64,000 nt of DNA from the NCBI RefSeq assembly GCF_044324875.1, contig NZ_CP172185.1, one strand, 5' to 3'. Source of the DNA: Escherichia coli (GTDB taxonomy: Bacteria; Pseudomonadota; Gammaproteobacteria; Enterobacterales; Enterobacteriaceae). Position 1 is the stretch's first letter; each line of letters opens with the position of its first letter. A model generated the notes under the pieces. It searched no databases. It was not told the origin of the DNA and saw nothing but the letters and a program-made list of their open reading frames with translations. Below are positions 38,987 through 51,045 of the stretch, piece after piece. Made by a program: the position numbers and the translations under genes.

Positions 38987-39178
38987 GAACATCTCCCGTT
39001 GTCTTTTGTTTCCGTAGGGTGTTGGCTTCAGGCTCCATGCCTGCGGCTGATTATGCCACTATAACCGTTAATTCCACAGAAGTGGAATCCCGACTGCATA
39101 TCGCGTAGTGTAGAACGGCCTTTTTTCGTCAACCGTGAACAACGGCGCACCGATTATTCAAGGAATAACAATAAGATC

Positions 39179-40306
39179 ATGCAAAGCGTTACCCCAACAT
39201 CGCAATACCTGAAGGCGCTCAATGAAGGCAGCCATCAACCCGACGACGTTCAAAAAGAGGCCGTCAGCCGCCTGGAAATTATTTATCAGGAACTCATCAA
39301 TAGCACGCCACCAGCCCCCAGGACGAGTGGGCTAATGGCGCGGGTTGGTAAGCTGTGGGGTAAACGTGAAGACACAAAGCATACGCCAGTGCGTGGCTTA
39401 TATATGTGGGGCGGGGTAGGACGCGGGAAAACCTGGCTGATGGACCTTTTCTATCAAAGCCTGCCGGGAGAGCGGAAACAGCGTCTGCACTTTCACCGTT
39501 TTATGCTGCGGGTACATGAAGAGCTAACTGCTTTGCAGGGGCAGACCGATCCGCTGGAAATTATTGCCGATCGCTTTAAAGCAGAAACTGACGTGCTCTG
39601 TTTTGACGAATTTTTTGTTTCTGATATTACCGATGCCATGCTACTTGGCGGTCTGATGAAAGCCCTGTTCGCCCGCGGTATTACCCTGGTAGCGACGTCA
39701 AATATTCCGCCGGACGAACTTTATCGAAATGGCCTACAACGTGCGCGTTTTTTGCCTGCAATCGATGCCATTAAACAGTATTGTGATGTAATGAACGTGG
39801 ACGCTGGTGTTGATTATCGACTGCGTACACTCACTCAGGCGCATCTGTGGCTTTCGCCCCTCAACGATGAAACCCGGGCGCAAATGGATAAACTATGGTT
39901 GGCGCTGGCGGGGGCGAAACGAGAAAATTCACCGACGTTAGAAATCAACCATCGGCCATTGGCGACAATGGGCGTCGAGAACCAGACGCTGGCGGTCTCT
40001 TTTACTACGCTGTGCGTCGACGCCCGCAGTCAGCATGACTATATTGCGCTCTCACGCCTCTTTCACACGGTCATGTTGTTTGATGTACCAGTTATGACGC
40101 GGTTGATGGAGAGCGAAGCGCGGCGCTTTATTGCGCTGGTGGATGAGTTTTACGAGCGCCATGTCAAATTAGTGGTGAGTGCAGAAGTGCCGCTGTATGA
40201 AATTTATCAGGGCGAGCGGCTGAAGTTTGAGTTCCAGCGTTGCCTGTCACGTCTGCAAGAGATGCAAAGCGAAGAGTATTTGAAGCGTGAGCATTTAGCG
40301 GGTTAA
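39179..40306 (+). CDS. zapE: Cell-division ATPase ZapE (YhcM, AFG1-like)
   Basis: ORF track 39179..40306 (375 aa); Walker A GGVGRGKT present; ATG confirmed. Confidence 0.93.
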   Translation: MQSVTPTSQYLKALNEGSHQPDDVQKEAVSRLEIIYQELINSTPPAPRTSGLMARVGKLWGKREDTKHTPVRGLYMWGGVGRGKTWLMDLFYQSLPGERKQRLHFHRFMLRVHEELTALQGQTDPLEIIADRFKAETDVLCFDEFFVSDITDAMLLGGLMKALFARGITLVATSNIPPDELYRNGLQRARFLPAIDAIKQYCDVMNVDAGVDYRLRTLTQAHLWLSPLNDETRAQMDKLWLALAGAKRENSPTLEINHRPLATMGVENQTLAVSFTTLCVDARSQHDYIALSRLFHTVMLFDVPVMTRLMESEARRFIALVDEFYERHVKLVVSAEVPLYEIYQGERLKFEFQRCLSRLQEMQSEEYLKREHLAG

Positions 40307-40437
40307 AACCTGCCACAAATCACAAAAAGGGGTCGATCTTTGACCCCGACTTCTCTATAATCCTGCGACCCCACGTTACAAGAAAGTTTTTTTCCCAAAA
40401 CTTTTTGTGTGCTGGCATAGGCTATTCGAAGGGGTAG

Positions 40438-40953
<516 letters not shown>

Positions 40954-40965
40954 TCGGGATTATAG

Positions 40966-41361
<396 letters not shown>

Positions 41362-41393
41362 TTGGCTTCTGCTCCGGCAGAAAACAATTTGCG

Positions 41394-41421
41394 AAAAAAC
41401 CCGCTTCGGCGGGTTTTTTTA
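41394..41421 (+). terminator. Intrinsic terminator of rplM-rpsI operon
   Basis: aaaaaa-cccgc-ttcg-gcggg-ttttttt. Confidence 0.9.
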
Positions 41422-41515
41422 TGGCCTAAGTCCGAATCCAGCCTCTTTTCCTTCTCACTACAGCATTATTCTCTGTAAACGGTATTTTCCTCGCACTATA
41501 GAAAAGGATATCGCG

Positions 41516-42310
41516 ATGGGATTTTTTAATACATTGTTTAATAAGAAAGAATCATTAACGCTGTCGAATAAATGGGAATTCTTTATTACCACGGTGGAAG
41601 ATAATGTAACGGGCATACGTGTAGATATTGGCGCAATTGAGGACGAAAAATTTGATCGTCTTATCCACACATGGTTTTTACGTGTCCGTTATACTGACTG
41701 TTATGAAAACGGTTTTCCGCAACCTGATGAAACACAGCGTTTAAATCGTATTGAGGACTGGCTTGAGGCGCAGGGTAAAACACTACCGATCTGGCTAGTG
41801 GGTGTGGTTACGCAACAAGGTTCACGCGATTTTGTTTTCCAGTCAGAAAAAGACCTGGACTGGGAAAAGACATTGGATAAATTGTTGGCAGGTGGCCCGG
41901 AGCTCGCTTGCAGCTTTAATGAGAGTAAAAACGACCACGGAAATTACTACCGCCAGTTTTTGTATCCAACCAAATACGACTGGAACTGGATACACGATTC
42001 CCGAGTATGCCGCGGGTTACTGGAGCATGGTGACGATTTGACTCTCCCACGCACCATCGATTATTACGCGACATTGCCGACAGAAACTGCGGCCCACGCC
42101 TTTGTGGAGGACGTGACGAAATTGCCATATGGCATCACGCTGGTGAGCATTCGGATGAACGACCAACAACCGGAGTATATGGCGTCATTGATTAACACTG
42201 ATGCTCCGGAACAATGGCATATGACCGATATCACATGCCAGCTTACCGATTTGGCGGAAAAGCATGGAGGTAGTTTTGATGGCTGGGGCGCACCGATAGC
42301 AACGGCATAA
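41516..42310 (+). CDS. Hypothetical protein, 264 aa; putative DUF695 (N-terminal) + RraB-like (C-terminal) domains; not present at this locus in K-12 as I recall it
   Basis: Long ORF 41285..42310 in track; the upstream part overlaps rpsI and its terminator, so start set at first ATG after the terminator (41516), which has an AAGGA RBS 7 bp upstream. Translation MGFFNTLFNKKESLTLSNKWEFFITTVEDNVTGIRVDIGAIED...LTDLAEKHGGSFDGWGAPIATA. Domain call is from motif resemblance by memory, not from a search. Confidence 0.8.
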   Translation: MGFFNTLFNKKESLTLSNKWEFFITTVEDNVTGIRVDIGAIEDEKFDRLIHTWFLRVRYTDCYENGFPQPDETQRLNRIEDWLEAQGKTLPIWLVGVVTQQGSRDFVFQSEKDLDWEKTLDKLLAGGPELACSFNESKNDHGNYYRQFLYPTKYDWNWIHDSRVCRGLLEHGDDLTLPRTIDYYATLPTETAAHAFVEDVTKLPYGITLVSIRMNDQQPEYMASLINTDAPEQWHMTDITCQLTDLAEKHGGSFDGWGAPIATA

Positions 42311-42578
42311 AGGTTTAAAACAACATTCCCGGTGGGGACTAAGTCAAGCATTTCAGACTAAAGCGCATCTCTTTTTCCCCATTTCCGGCATCGACTCACC
42401 ACAAAGGTCGCAAAATCTGGTAAACTATCATCCAATTTTCTGCCCAAATGTCGGGTATTGCTCATTTTTTGTTTAATTTTCGAACAAAGAGAGTCGTTCC
42501 TTACTGGGTAACACAACTTCTGACTGGCCACCTGGTGGCTGGTAGCAGTAAAAATTCTGACTATACCTGGAGGTTTTC

Positions 42579-43217
42579 ATGGCTGTCGCTGCCAACAAAC
42601 GTTCGGTAATGACGCTGTTTTCCGGTCCTACTGACATCTATAGCCATCAGGTCCGCATTGTGCTGGCTGAGAAAGGTGTAAGTTTCGAGATCGAACACGT
42701 GGAAAAGGACAATCCGCCTCAGGATCTGATTGACCTCAACCCGAATCAGAGCGTTCCGACCCTGGTGGATCGTGAGCTGACCCTGTGGGAATCTCGCATC
42801 ATTATGGAATATCTGGATGAGCGTTTCCCGCATCCGCCACTGATGCCTGTTTACCCGGTAGCTCGCGGTGAAAGCCGTCTGTACATGCATCGCATCGAAA
42901 AAGACTGGTACACGCTGATGAACACCATCATCAACGGTTCAGCTTCTGAAGCAGATGCCGCACGTAAGCAACTGCGCGAAGAACTGCTGGCGATTGCGCC
43001 GGTCTTCGGTCAGAAGCCGTACTTCCTGAGCGATGAGTTCAGCCTGGTCGATTGCTACCTTGCTCCGCTGCTGTGGCGTCTGCCGCAACTGGGTATCGAG
43101 TTCAGCGGCCCGGGTGCGAAAGAGCTGAAAGGCTATATGACCCGCGTCTTTGAGCGTGACTCTTTCCTTGCTTCTTTAACTGAAGCTGAACGTGAAATGC
43201 GTCTGGGCCGGAGTTAA
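42579..43217 (+). CDS. sspA: Stringent starvation protein A
   Basis: ORF track 42579..43217 (212 aa) MAVAANKRSVMTLFSGPTDIYSHQVRIVLAEKGVSFEIEHVEKDNPPQDLIDLNP...; GST-like fold. Confidence 0.97.
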   Translation: MAVAANKRSVMTLFSGPTDIYSHQVRIVLAEKGVSFEIEHVEKDNPPQDLIDLNPNQSVPTLVDRELTLWESRIIMEYLDERFPHPPLMPVYPVARGESRLYMHRIEKDWYTLMNTIINGSASEADAARKQLREELLAIAPVFGQKPYFLSDEFSLVDCYLAPLLWRLPQLGIEFSGPGAKELKGYMTRVFERDSFLASLTEAEREMRLGRS

Positions 43218-43222
43218 TCTGT

Positions 43223-43720
43223 ATGGATTTGTCACAGCTAACACCACGTCGTCCCTATCTGCTGCGTGCATTCTATGAGTGGTTGCTGGATAACCAGCTC
43301 ACGCCGCACCTGGTGGTGGATGTGACGCTCCCTGGCGTGCAGGTTCCTATGGAATATGCGCGTGACGGGCAAATCGTACTCAACATTGCGCCGCGTGCTG
43401 TCGGCAATCTGGAACTGGCGAATGATGAGGTGCGCTTTAACGCGCGCTTTGGTGGCATTCCGCGTCAGGTTTCTGTGCCGCTGGCTGCCGTGCTGGCTAT
43501 CTACGCCCGTGAAAATGGCGCAGGCACGATGTTTGAACCTGAAGCTGCCTATGATGAAGATGCCAACATCATGAATGATGAAGAGGCATCGGCAGACAAC
43601 GAAACCGTTATGTCGGTTATTGATGGCGACAAGCCAGATCACGATGATGACACTCATCCTGACGATGAACCACCGCAGCCACCACGTGGTGGTCGACCAG
43701 CATTACGCGTTGTGAAGTAA
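43223..43720 (+). CDS. sspB: ClpXP adaptor SspB
   Basis: ORF track 43223..43720 (165 aa) MDLSQLTPRRPYLLRAFYEWLLDNQLTPHLVVDV...; C-terminal ...GGRPALRVVK ClpX-binding tail. Confidence 0.97.
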   Translation: MDLSQLTPRRPYLLRAFYEWLLDNQLTPHLVVDVTLPGVQVPMEYARDGQIVLNIAPRAVGNLELANDEVRFNARFGGIPRQVSVPLAAVLAIYARENGAGTMFEPEAAYDEDANIMNDEEASADNETVMSVIDGDKPDHDDDTHPDDEPPQPPRGGRPALRVVK

Positions 43721-43724
43721 TACT

Positions 43725-43757
43725 AAAACAGGCCCTGGCGGCCTGTTTTGTCTTTTT
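43725..43757. terminator. Bidirectional intrinsic terminator between convergent sspB and dcuD
   Basis: aaaa-caggcc-ctggc-ggcctg-tttt(g)tcttttt. Confidence 0.85.
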
Positions 43758-43763
43758 AATCGC

Positions 43764-45131
43764 TTAATAAAATAGCGTGATAGTGGCAATCATATTCACC
43801 ACGAAACCGACTGCCATGGGGATCGCTGTCCGCTTCACTACCGCAAAAGGCGAAACGCCTGCAATTCCTGACGTAACGACCACCACCGCAGTAATCGGCG
43901 AAACAGCGCGCGCTAGCGTCGTGGCAAAATGCATCGGCATAATCATTACAACCGCTGGTACATGTAGTCCGGCTGCGATATTCGGAATAAGACTGGCAAA
44001 TGACATAAACGGCGCATTGCCTGAGCCCATCACAATGGCACAAATGGCAATGACCAGCGCCATAATAATCATCACGCCAATACCGCCCAGGCCAGAATGC
44101 TCCGCACCCCTGATAACCGCATCGACAGTGCCAATCGTCGTTAAGCCTTTCGCAAATATTTCACCCGCGACCACCAGCGTTACCACGTTGGCAAACTGCG
44201 TACCCATGCCGTCAAAAAACGCCTGCACATCGTCCATTGTTTCGCGCAAGTTATGCTTGCGGAAGAACTCAACAAACATCGTCACCGTCAAACTCAGTAA
44301 CATCACCACCACCAGATGCAGTTCTGACTGCATCAGCCCGACGTGGGCAAGGAACAGCGAGCCGAGCATCAGGATTAACGGCATCACAGGTAAAATGGCG
44401 TAATAGAGCGGCGGGACATTATCGAGAGCTTTTTGCTCTGCCTGTTCGTGATTGATATTTTTATCTTTTTTGTCGAAAGCGCGTTGCACGAAAAAGTGGG
44501 AGATCGCCACCGAGATAATGACGCAAGAGGCGACCGGAAGCTGGTAGTGGAAGAAGTAAGTGGCAATTTTCATTCCTGCTACCTGGGCAGCAAAAATGGA
44601 GTTCGTTTCCAGAATCCCCCACTCAATGGACATGGTGGTTGCGATAACCGCCACCGCAGAGAGACGACTTACTCCCAGACTCACCAGCGTCGGAAATAAG
44701 GTGACCATCAGCAACATACCCAGACCGGAGGCGCTGGTAATAAACTGCGCCATGATTTGGCCGATGACGTAAGTTGCCGACAGAATAATATACGGCGAGC
44801 GAATAAGTTTTAACGGGCGGCTTAACAAGCTCACCATCGCACGACTGGCCCCTATGCGCTCCATATAGCGGGCATAACCGCCCACTGCCATAATCGACAG
44901 CCCCAATCCGGCAATGCGGTTGGACAGCATGCGCAGGATTTCATTATAAATATCGACGATCAAGTAGCCGCTGCTTTTGGCGGGATCGAGCACACCACCG
45001 AACCCTAACCAGACACCGCACATCATCAGGAAGATACCTGCGGCAGCCAGCACCACCTGAGGTTTGTAGTTTTTCAGGATCAAATAGCCCATCGTAATTA
45101 ATACGATGACAGATATAATTATGCCGAACAT
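43764..45131 (-). CDS. dcuD: Putative C4-dicarboxylate transporter DcuD (DcuC family)
   Basis: ORF track 43764..45149; start set at [27 protein letters not shown] (455 aa); polytopic membrane protein; divergent from nanR. Confidence 0.9.
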   Translation of the reverse strand: MFGIIISVIVLITMGYLILKNYKPQVVLAAAGIFLMMCGVWLGFGGVLDPAKSSGYLIVDIYNEILRMLSNRIAGLGLSIMAVGGYARYMERIGASRAMVSLLSRPLKLIRSPYIILSATYVIGQIMAQFITSASGLGMLLMVTLFPTLVSLGVSRLSAVAVIATTMSIEWGILETNSIFAAQVAGMKIATYFFHYQLPVASCVIISVAISHFFVQRAFDKKDKNINHEQAEQKALDNVPPLYYAILPVMPLILMLGSLFLAHVGLMQSELHLVVVMLLSLTVTMFVEFFRKHNLRETMDDVQAFFDGMGTQFANVVTLVVAGEIFAKGLTTIGTVDAVIRGAEHSGLGGIGVMIIMALVIAICAIVMGSGNAPFMSFASLIPNIAAGLHVPAVVMIMPMHFATTLARAVSPITAVVVVTSGIAGVSPFAVVKRTAIPMAVGFVVNMIATITLFY

Positions 45132-45510
45132 TGTTGAACTCCGTGTCAAAAGAAAACGGTCAATCCCATAAACGGCAGATTGAAAACAATGATGTTATAT
45201 TTTTTGCAAGGCTATTTATGGTGCGGATGTCGTGTTTTTAATTGTAGATGAGGTGATTTTTCATTAAAAAATATGCGCTTATGATTATTTTGTAAGAACA
45301 CATTCATAATATTCATAATACTTGTTAATAGTCTTATGAATAATTCAATCGGGATGTTTTTATCTGCGTTACATTAATTTTTCGCAATAGTTAATTATTC
45401 AGTTAATTATAGTAATGATGAGGCACAAAGAGAAAACCCCGCCATTTCCCCCTACTTTCAATCCTGTGATAGGATGTCACTGATGATGTTAATCACACTG
45501 ACCTTACAGA

Positions 45511-46302
45511 ATGGGCCTTATGAACGCATTTGATTCGCAAACCGAAGATTCTTCACCTGCAATTGGCCGCAACTTACGCAGCCGCCCGCTGGCGCGTAAA
45601 AAACTCTCCGAAATGGTGGAAGAAGAGCTGGAACAGATGATCCGCCGTCGTGAATTTGGCGAAGGTGAACAATTACCGTCTGAACGCGAGCTGATGGCGT
45701 TCTTTAACGTCGGGCGTCCTTCGGTGCGTGAAGCGCTGGCAGCGTTAAAACGCAAAGGTCTGGTGCAAATAAACAACGGCGAACGCGCTCGCGTCTCGCG
45801 TCCTTCTGCGGACACCATCATCGGCGAGCTTTCCGGTATGGCGAAAGATTTCCTTTCTCATCCTGGCGGGATTGCCCATTTCGAACAATTACGTCTGTTC
45901 TTTGAATCCAGCCTAGTGCGCTATGCGGCTGAACACGCCACCGATGAGCAAATCGATTTGCTGGCAAAAGCACTGGAAATCAACAGTCAGTCGCTGGATA
46001 ACAACGCGGCATTCATTCGTTCAGACGTTGATTTCCACCGCGTGCTGGCGGAGATCCCCGGTAACCCAATCTTCATGGCGATCCACGTTGCCCTGCTCGA
46101 CTGGCTGATCGCCGCACGTCCAACCGTGGCTGATCAGGCTCTGCACGAGCATAACAACGTTAGCTATCAACAGCATATTGCGATCGTTGATGCGATCCGC
46201 CGCCACGATCCCGATGAAGCCGATCGTGCGTTGCAATCGCATCTCAACAGCGTCTCTGCTACCTGGCACGCCTTCGGTCAGACCACCAACAAAAAGAAAT
46301 AA
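45511..46302 (+). CDS. nanR: GntR/FadR-family repressor of sialic acid catabolism NanR
   Basis: ORF track 45511..46302 (263 aa) [76 protein letters not shown]... Confidence 0.96.
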   Translation: MGLMNAFDSQTEDSSPAIGRNLRSRPLARKKLSEMVEEELEQMIRRREFGEGEQLPSERELMAFFNVGRPSVREALAALKRKGLVQINNGERARVSRPSADTIIGELSGMAKDFLSHPGGIAHFEQLRLFFESSLVRYAAEHATDEQIDLLAKALEINSQSLDNNAAFIRSDVDFHRVLAEIPGNPIFMAIHVALLDWLIAARPTVADQALHEHNNVSYQQHIAIVDAIRRHDPDEADRALQSHLNSVSATWHAFGQTTNKKK

Positions 46303-46365
46303 TGCCACTTTAGTGAAGCAGATCGCATTATAAGCTTTCTGTATGGGGTGTTGCTTAATTGATCT

Positions 46366-46388
46366 GGTATAACAGGTATAAAGGTATA
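46366..46388 (+). promoter_or_regulatory. NanR operator: three direct GGTATA repeats in nanA promoter
   Basis: ggtataacaggtataaaggtata (GGTATA at 46366-71, 46375-80, 46383-88), about 36 bp upstream of nanA ATG; matches the known NanR-binding repeat. Confidence 0.85.
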
Positions 46389-46423
46389 TCGTTTATCAGA
46401 CAAGCATCACTTCAGAGGTATTT

Positions 46424-47317
46424 ATGGCAACGAATTTACGTGGCGTAATGGCCGCACTCCTGACTCCTTTTGATCAACAACAAGCACTGGATAAAGCGAG
46501 TCTGCGTCGCCTGGTTCAGTTCAATATTAAGCAGGGCATCGACGGTTTATACGTGGGTGGTTCTACCGGCGAAGCCTTTGTACAAAGCCTTTCCGAGCGT
46601 GAACAGGTACTGGAAATCGTCGCCGAAGAGGCGAAAGGCAAGATTAAACTCATCGCCCACGTCGGTTGCGTCAGCACTGCTGAAAGCCAACAACTTGCGG
46701 CATCGGCTAAACGTTATGGCTTCGATGCCGTCTCCGCCGTCACGCCGTTCTACTATCCTTTCAGCTTTGAAGAACACTGCGATCACTATCGGGCAATTAT
46801 TGATTCGGCGGATGGTTTGCCGATGGTGGTGTACAACATTCCTGCCCTGAGCGGGGTAAAACTAACCCTGGATCAGATCAACACCCTGGTTACGCTGCCT
46901 GGTGTCGGCGTGCTGAAACAAACCTCTGGCGATCTCTATCAGATGGAGCAGATCCGTCGTGAACATCCGGATCTGGTGCTCTATAACGGTTACGACGAAA
47001 TTTTCGCCTCTGGTCTTCTGGCGGGCGCTGATGGTGGTATCGGTAGTACCTACAACATCATGGGCTGGCGTTATCAGGGTATTGTGAAGGCTCTGAAAGA
47101 AGGCGATATCCAGACCGCGCAGAAGCTGCAAACCGAATGTAATAAAGTCATTGATTTACTGATCAAAACGGGCGTATTCCGCGGCCTGAAAACGGTCCTG
47201 CATTATATGGATGTGGTGTCTGTGCCGCTGTGCCGCAAACCGTTTGGTCCGGTAGATGAAAAATATCTGCCAGAACTGAAGGCGCTGGCCCAGCAGTTGA
47301 TGCAAGAGCGCGGGTGA
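46424..47317 (+). CDS. nanA: N-acetylneuraminate lyase
   Basis: ORF track 46424..47317 (297 aa) [52 protein letters not shown]... Confidence 0.97.
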   Translation: MATNLRGVMAALLTPFDQQQALDKASLRRLVQFNIKQGIDGLYVGGSTGEAFVQSLSEREQVLEIVAEEAKGKIKLIAHVGCVSTAESQQLAASAKRYGFDAVSAVTPFYYPFSFEEHCDHYRAIIDSADGLPMVVYNIPALSGVKLTLDQINTLVTLPGVGVLKQTSGDLYQMEQIRREHPDLVLYNGYDEIFASGLLAGADGGIGSTYNIMGWRYQGIVKALKEGDIQTAQKLQTECNKVIDLLIKTGVFRGLKTVLHYMDVVSVPLCRKPFGPVDEKYLPELKALAQQLMQERG

Positions 47318-47322
47318 GTTGT

Positions 47323-47357
47323 TTCCCCTCGCTCGCCCCTACCGGGTGAGGGGAAAT
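47323..47357. repeat. G/C-rich imperfect palindrome downstream of nanA (same family as 28647-28690)
   Basis: tttcccctcgctcgcccctaccgggtgaggggaaa; shares cccctcgc...cccct...gggtgagggg with the tldD-aaeR element; possible terminator/attenuator between nanA and nanT. Confidence 0.5.
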
Positions 47358-47425
47358 AAACGCATCTGTACCCTACAATTTTCATACCAAAGCGTGTGGG
47401 CATCGCCCACCGCGGGAGACTCACA

Positions 47426-48916
47426 ATGAGTACTACAACCCAGAATATCCCGTGGTATCGCCATCTCAACCGCGCACAATGGCGGGCATTTTCCGCTGCC
47501 TGGTTGGGATATCTGCTTGACGGTTTTGATTTCGTTTTAATCGCCCTGGTACTCACCGAAGTACAAGGTGAATTCGGGCTGACGACGGTACAGGCAGCAA
47601 GCCTGATCTCCGCAGCCTTTATCTCTCGCTGGTTCGGTGGCCTGATGCTCGGCGCTATGGGTGACCGCTACGGGCGTCGGCTGGCAATGGTCACCAGTAT
47701 CGTTCTCTTCTCGGTCGGGACGCTGGCCTGCGGTTTTGCGCCAGGCTACATCACCATGTTTATCGCGCGTCTGGTCATCGGCATGGAGATGGCGGGTGAA
47801 TACGGTTCCAGCGCTACCTATGTCATTGAAAGCTGGCCAAAACATCTGCGTAACAAAGCCAGTGGTTTTCTGATTTCAGGCTTCTCTGTGGGGGCCGTGG
47901 TTGCCGCTCAGGTCTATAGCCTGGTGGTTCCGGTCTGGGGCTGGCGTGCGCTGTTCTTTATCGGCATTTTGCCAATCATCTTTGCTCTCTGGCTGCGTAA
48001 AAACATCCCGGAAGCGGAAGACTGGAAAGAGAAACATGCAGGCAAAGCACCGGTACGCACAATGGTGGACATTCTCTACCGTGGTGAACATCGCATCGCC
48101 AATATCGTGATGACGCTGGCGGCAGCTACTGCGCTGTGGTTCTGCTTCGCCGGTAACCTGCAAAATGCCGCAATCGTCGCTGTACTCGGGCTGTTATGCG
48201 CCGCAATCTTTATCAGCTTTATGGTACAGAGTACGGGCAAACGCTGGCCAACGGGCGTAATGCTGATGGTGGTCGTGTTGTTTGCTTTCCTCTATTCATG
48301 GCCGATTCAGGCACTGCTGCCAACGTATCTTAAAACTGAACTTGCTTATAACCCGCATACTGTCGCCAATGTGCTGTTCTTTAGTGGCTTTGGTGCGGCG
48401 GTGGGGTGCTGCGTCGGTGGCTTCCTCGGTGACTGGCTGGGAACCCGCAAAGCGTACGTTTGCAGTCTGCTGGCCTCACAGCTGCTGATTATTCCGGTAT
48501 TTGCGATTGGTGGCGCAAACGTCTGGGTGCTCGGTCTGTTACTGTTCTTCCAGCAAATGCTTGGTCAGGGCATCTCCGGGATCTTACCGAAACTGATTGG
48601 CGGTTATTTTGATACCGACCAGCGTGCAGCGGGCCTGGGCTTTACCTACAACGTTGGCGCATTGGGCGGCGCACTGGCCCCAATCCTCGGCGCGTTGATC
48701 GCTCAACGTCTGGATCTGGGGACGGCACTGGGCTCGCTCTCGTTCAGTTTGACGTTTGTGGTGATCCTGCTGATTGGTCTGGATATGCCTTCTCGCGTTC
48801 AGCGTTGGCTGCGCCCGGAAGCGTTGCGTACTCATGACGCTATCGACGGCAAACCATTTAGCGGTGCCGTGCCGTTTGGCAGCGCCAAAAACGATTTAGT
48901 CAAAACCAAAAGTTAA
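47426..48916 (+). CDS. nanT: Sialic acid:H+ symporter NanT (MFS)
   Basis: ORF track 47396..48916; start set at [39 protein letters not shown] (496 aa). Confidence 0.95.
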   Translation: MSTTTQNIPWYRHLNRAQWRAFSAAWLGYLLDGFDFVLIALVLTEVQGEFGLTTVQAASLISAAFISRWFGGLMLGAMGDRYGRRLAMVTSIVLFSVGTLACGFAPGYITMFIARLVIGMEMAGEYGSSATYVIESWPKHLRNKASGFLISGFSVGAVVAAQVYSLVVPVWGWRALFFIGILPIIFALWLRKNIPEAEDWKEKHAGKAPVRTMVDILYRGEHRIANIVMTLAAATALWFCFAGNLQNAAIVAVLGLLCAAIFISFMVQSTGKRWPTGVMLMVVVLFAFLYSWPIQALLPTYLKTELAYNPHTVANVLFFSGFGAAVGCCVGGFLGDWLGTRKAYVCSLLASQLLIIPVFAIGGANVWVLGLLLFFQQMLGQGISGILPKLIGGYFDTDQRAAGLGFTYNVGALGGALAPILGALIAQRLDLGTALGSLSFSLTFVVILLIGLDMPSRVQRWLRPEALRTHDAIDGKPFSGAVPFGSAKNDLVKTKS

Positions 48917-48963
48917 TCCTGTTGCCCGGTCTCTGTACCGGGCCTTTCGCTAAGGGAAGATGT

Positions 48964-49649
48964 ATGTCGTTACTTGCACAACTGGATCAAAAAATCGCTG
49001 CTAACGGTGGCCTGATTGTCTCCTGCCAGCCGGTCCCTGACAGCCCGCTCGATAAACCCGAAATCGTCGCCGCCATGGCATTAGCTGCAGAGCAGGCGGG
49101 TGCGGTCGCCATTCGCATTGAAGGTGTGGCAAATCTGCAAGCCACGCGTGCGGTGGTGAGCGTGCCGATTATCGGGATTGTAAAACGCGATCTGGAGGAT
49201 TCTCCGGTACGCATCACGGCCTATATTGAAGATGTTGATGCGCTGGCGCAGGTGGGCGCGGACATTATCGCGATTGACGGCACCGACCGACCGCGTCCGG
49301 TGCCTGTTGAAACGCTACTGGCACGTATCCACCATCACGGTTTACTGGCGATGACCGACTGCTCAACGCCGGAAGACGGTCTGGCATGCCAAAAGCTGGG
49401 AGCCGAAATTATTGGCACCACGCTTTCTGGCTATACCACACCTGAAACGCCAGAAGAGCCGGATCTGGCGCTGGTGAAAACGTTGAGTGACGCCGGATGT
49501 CGGGTGATTGCCGAAGGGCGTTACAACTCGCCTGCTCAGGCGGCAGATGCGATGCGCCACGGCGCGTGGGCGGTGACGGTCGGTTCTGCTATCACACGTC
49601 TTGAACACATTTGCCAGTGGTACAACACAGCGATGAAAAAGACGGTGCT

Positions 49650-49653
<4 letters not shown>
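48964..49653 (+). CDS. nanE: N-acetylmannosamine-6-phosphate 2-epimerase
   Basis: ORF track 48922..49653; start set at ATG 48964 ([30 protein letters not shown]..., 229 aa). Confidence 0.95.
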
Positions 49654-50986
<1,333 letters not shown>

Positions 50987-51004
50987 AACTTAGTTCGTTT
51001 TAAA

Positions 51005-51031
51005 GATTCTCCAGACAGTGTCTGGAGAATT
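51005..51031. repeat. Palindrome gattctccagac-agt-gtctggagaatt in yhcH/yhcG convergent gap
   Basis: Perfect 11-bp arms (attctccagac / gtctggagaat) around a 3-nt spacer; related to the two palindromes inside yhcG (51761-51834). Confidence 0.7.
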
Positions 51032-51045
51032 CGAAACCGCTGAAA

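Noticed and set aside
41422-42345. Considered annotating the rpsI-sspA islet as a mobile element (IS, prophage remnant or integron cassette)
   Set aside because: No transposase, integrase, terminal inverted repeats or attC-like site; only a 7-8 bp direct repeat. Reported as an islet of unknown origin instead.
43777-44403. 208-aa plus-strand ORF antisense to dcuD
   Set aside because: Antisense to the dcuD membrane transporter gene; rejected.
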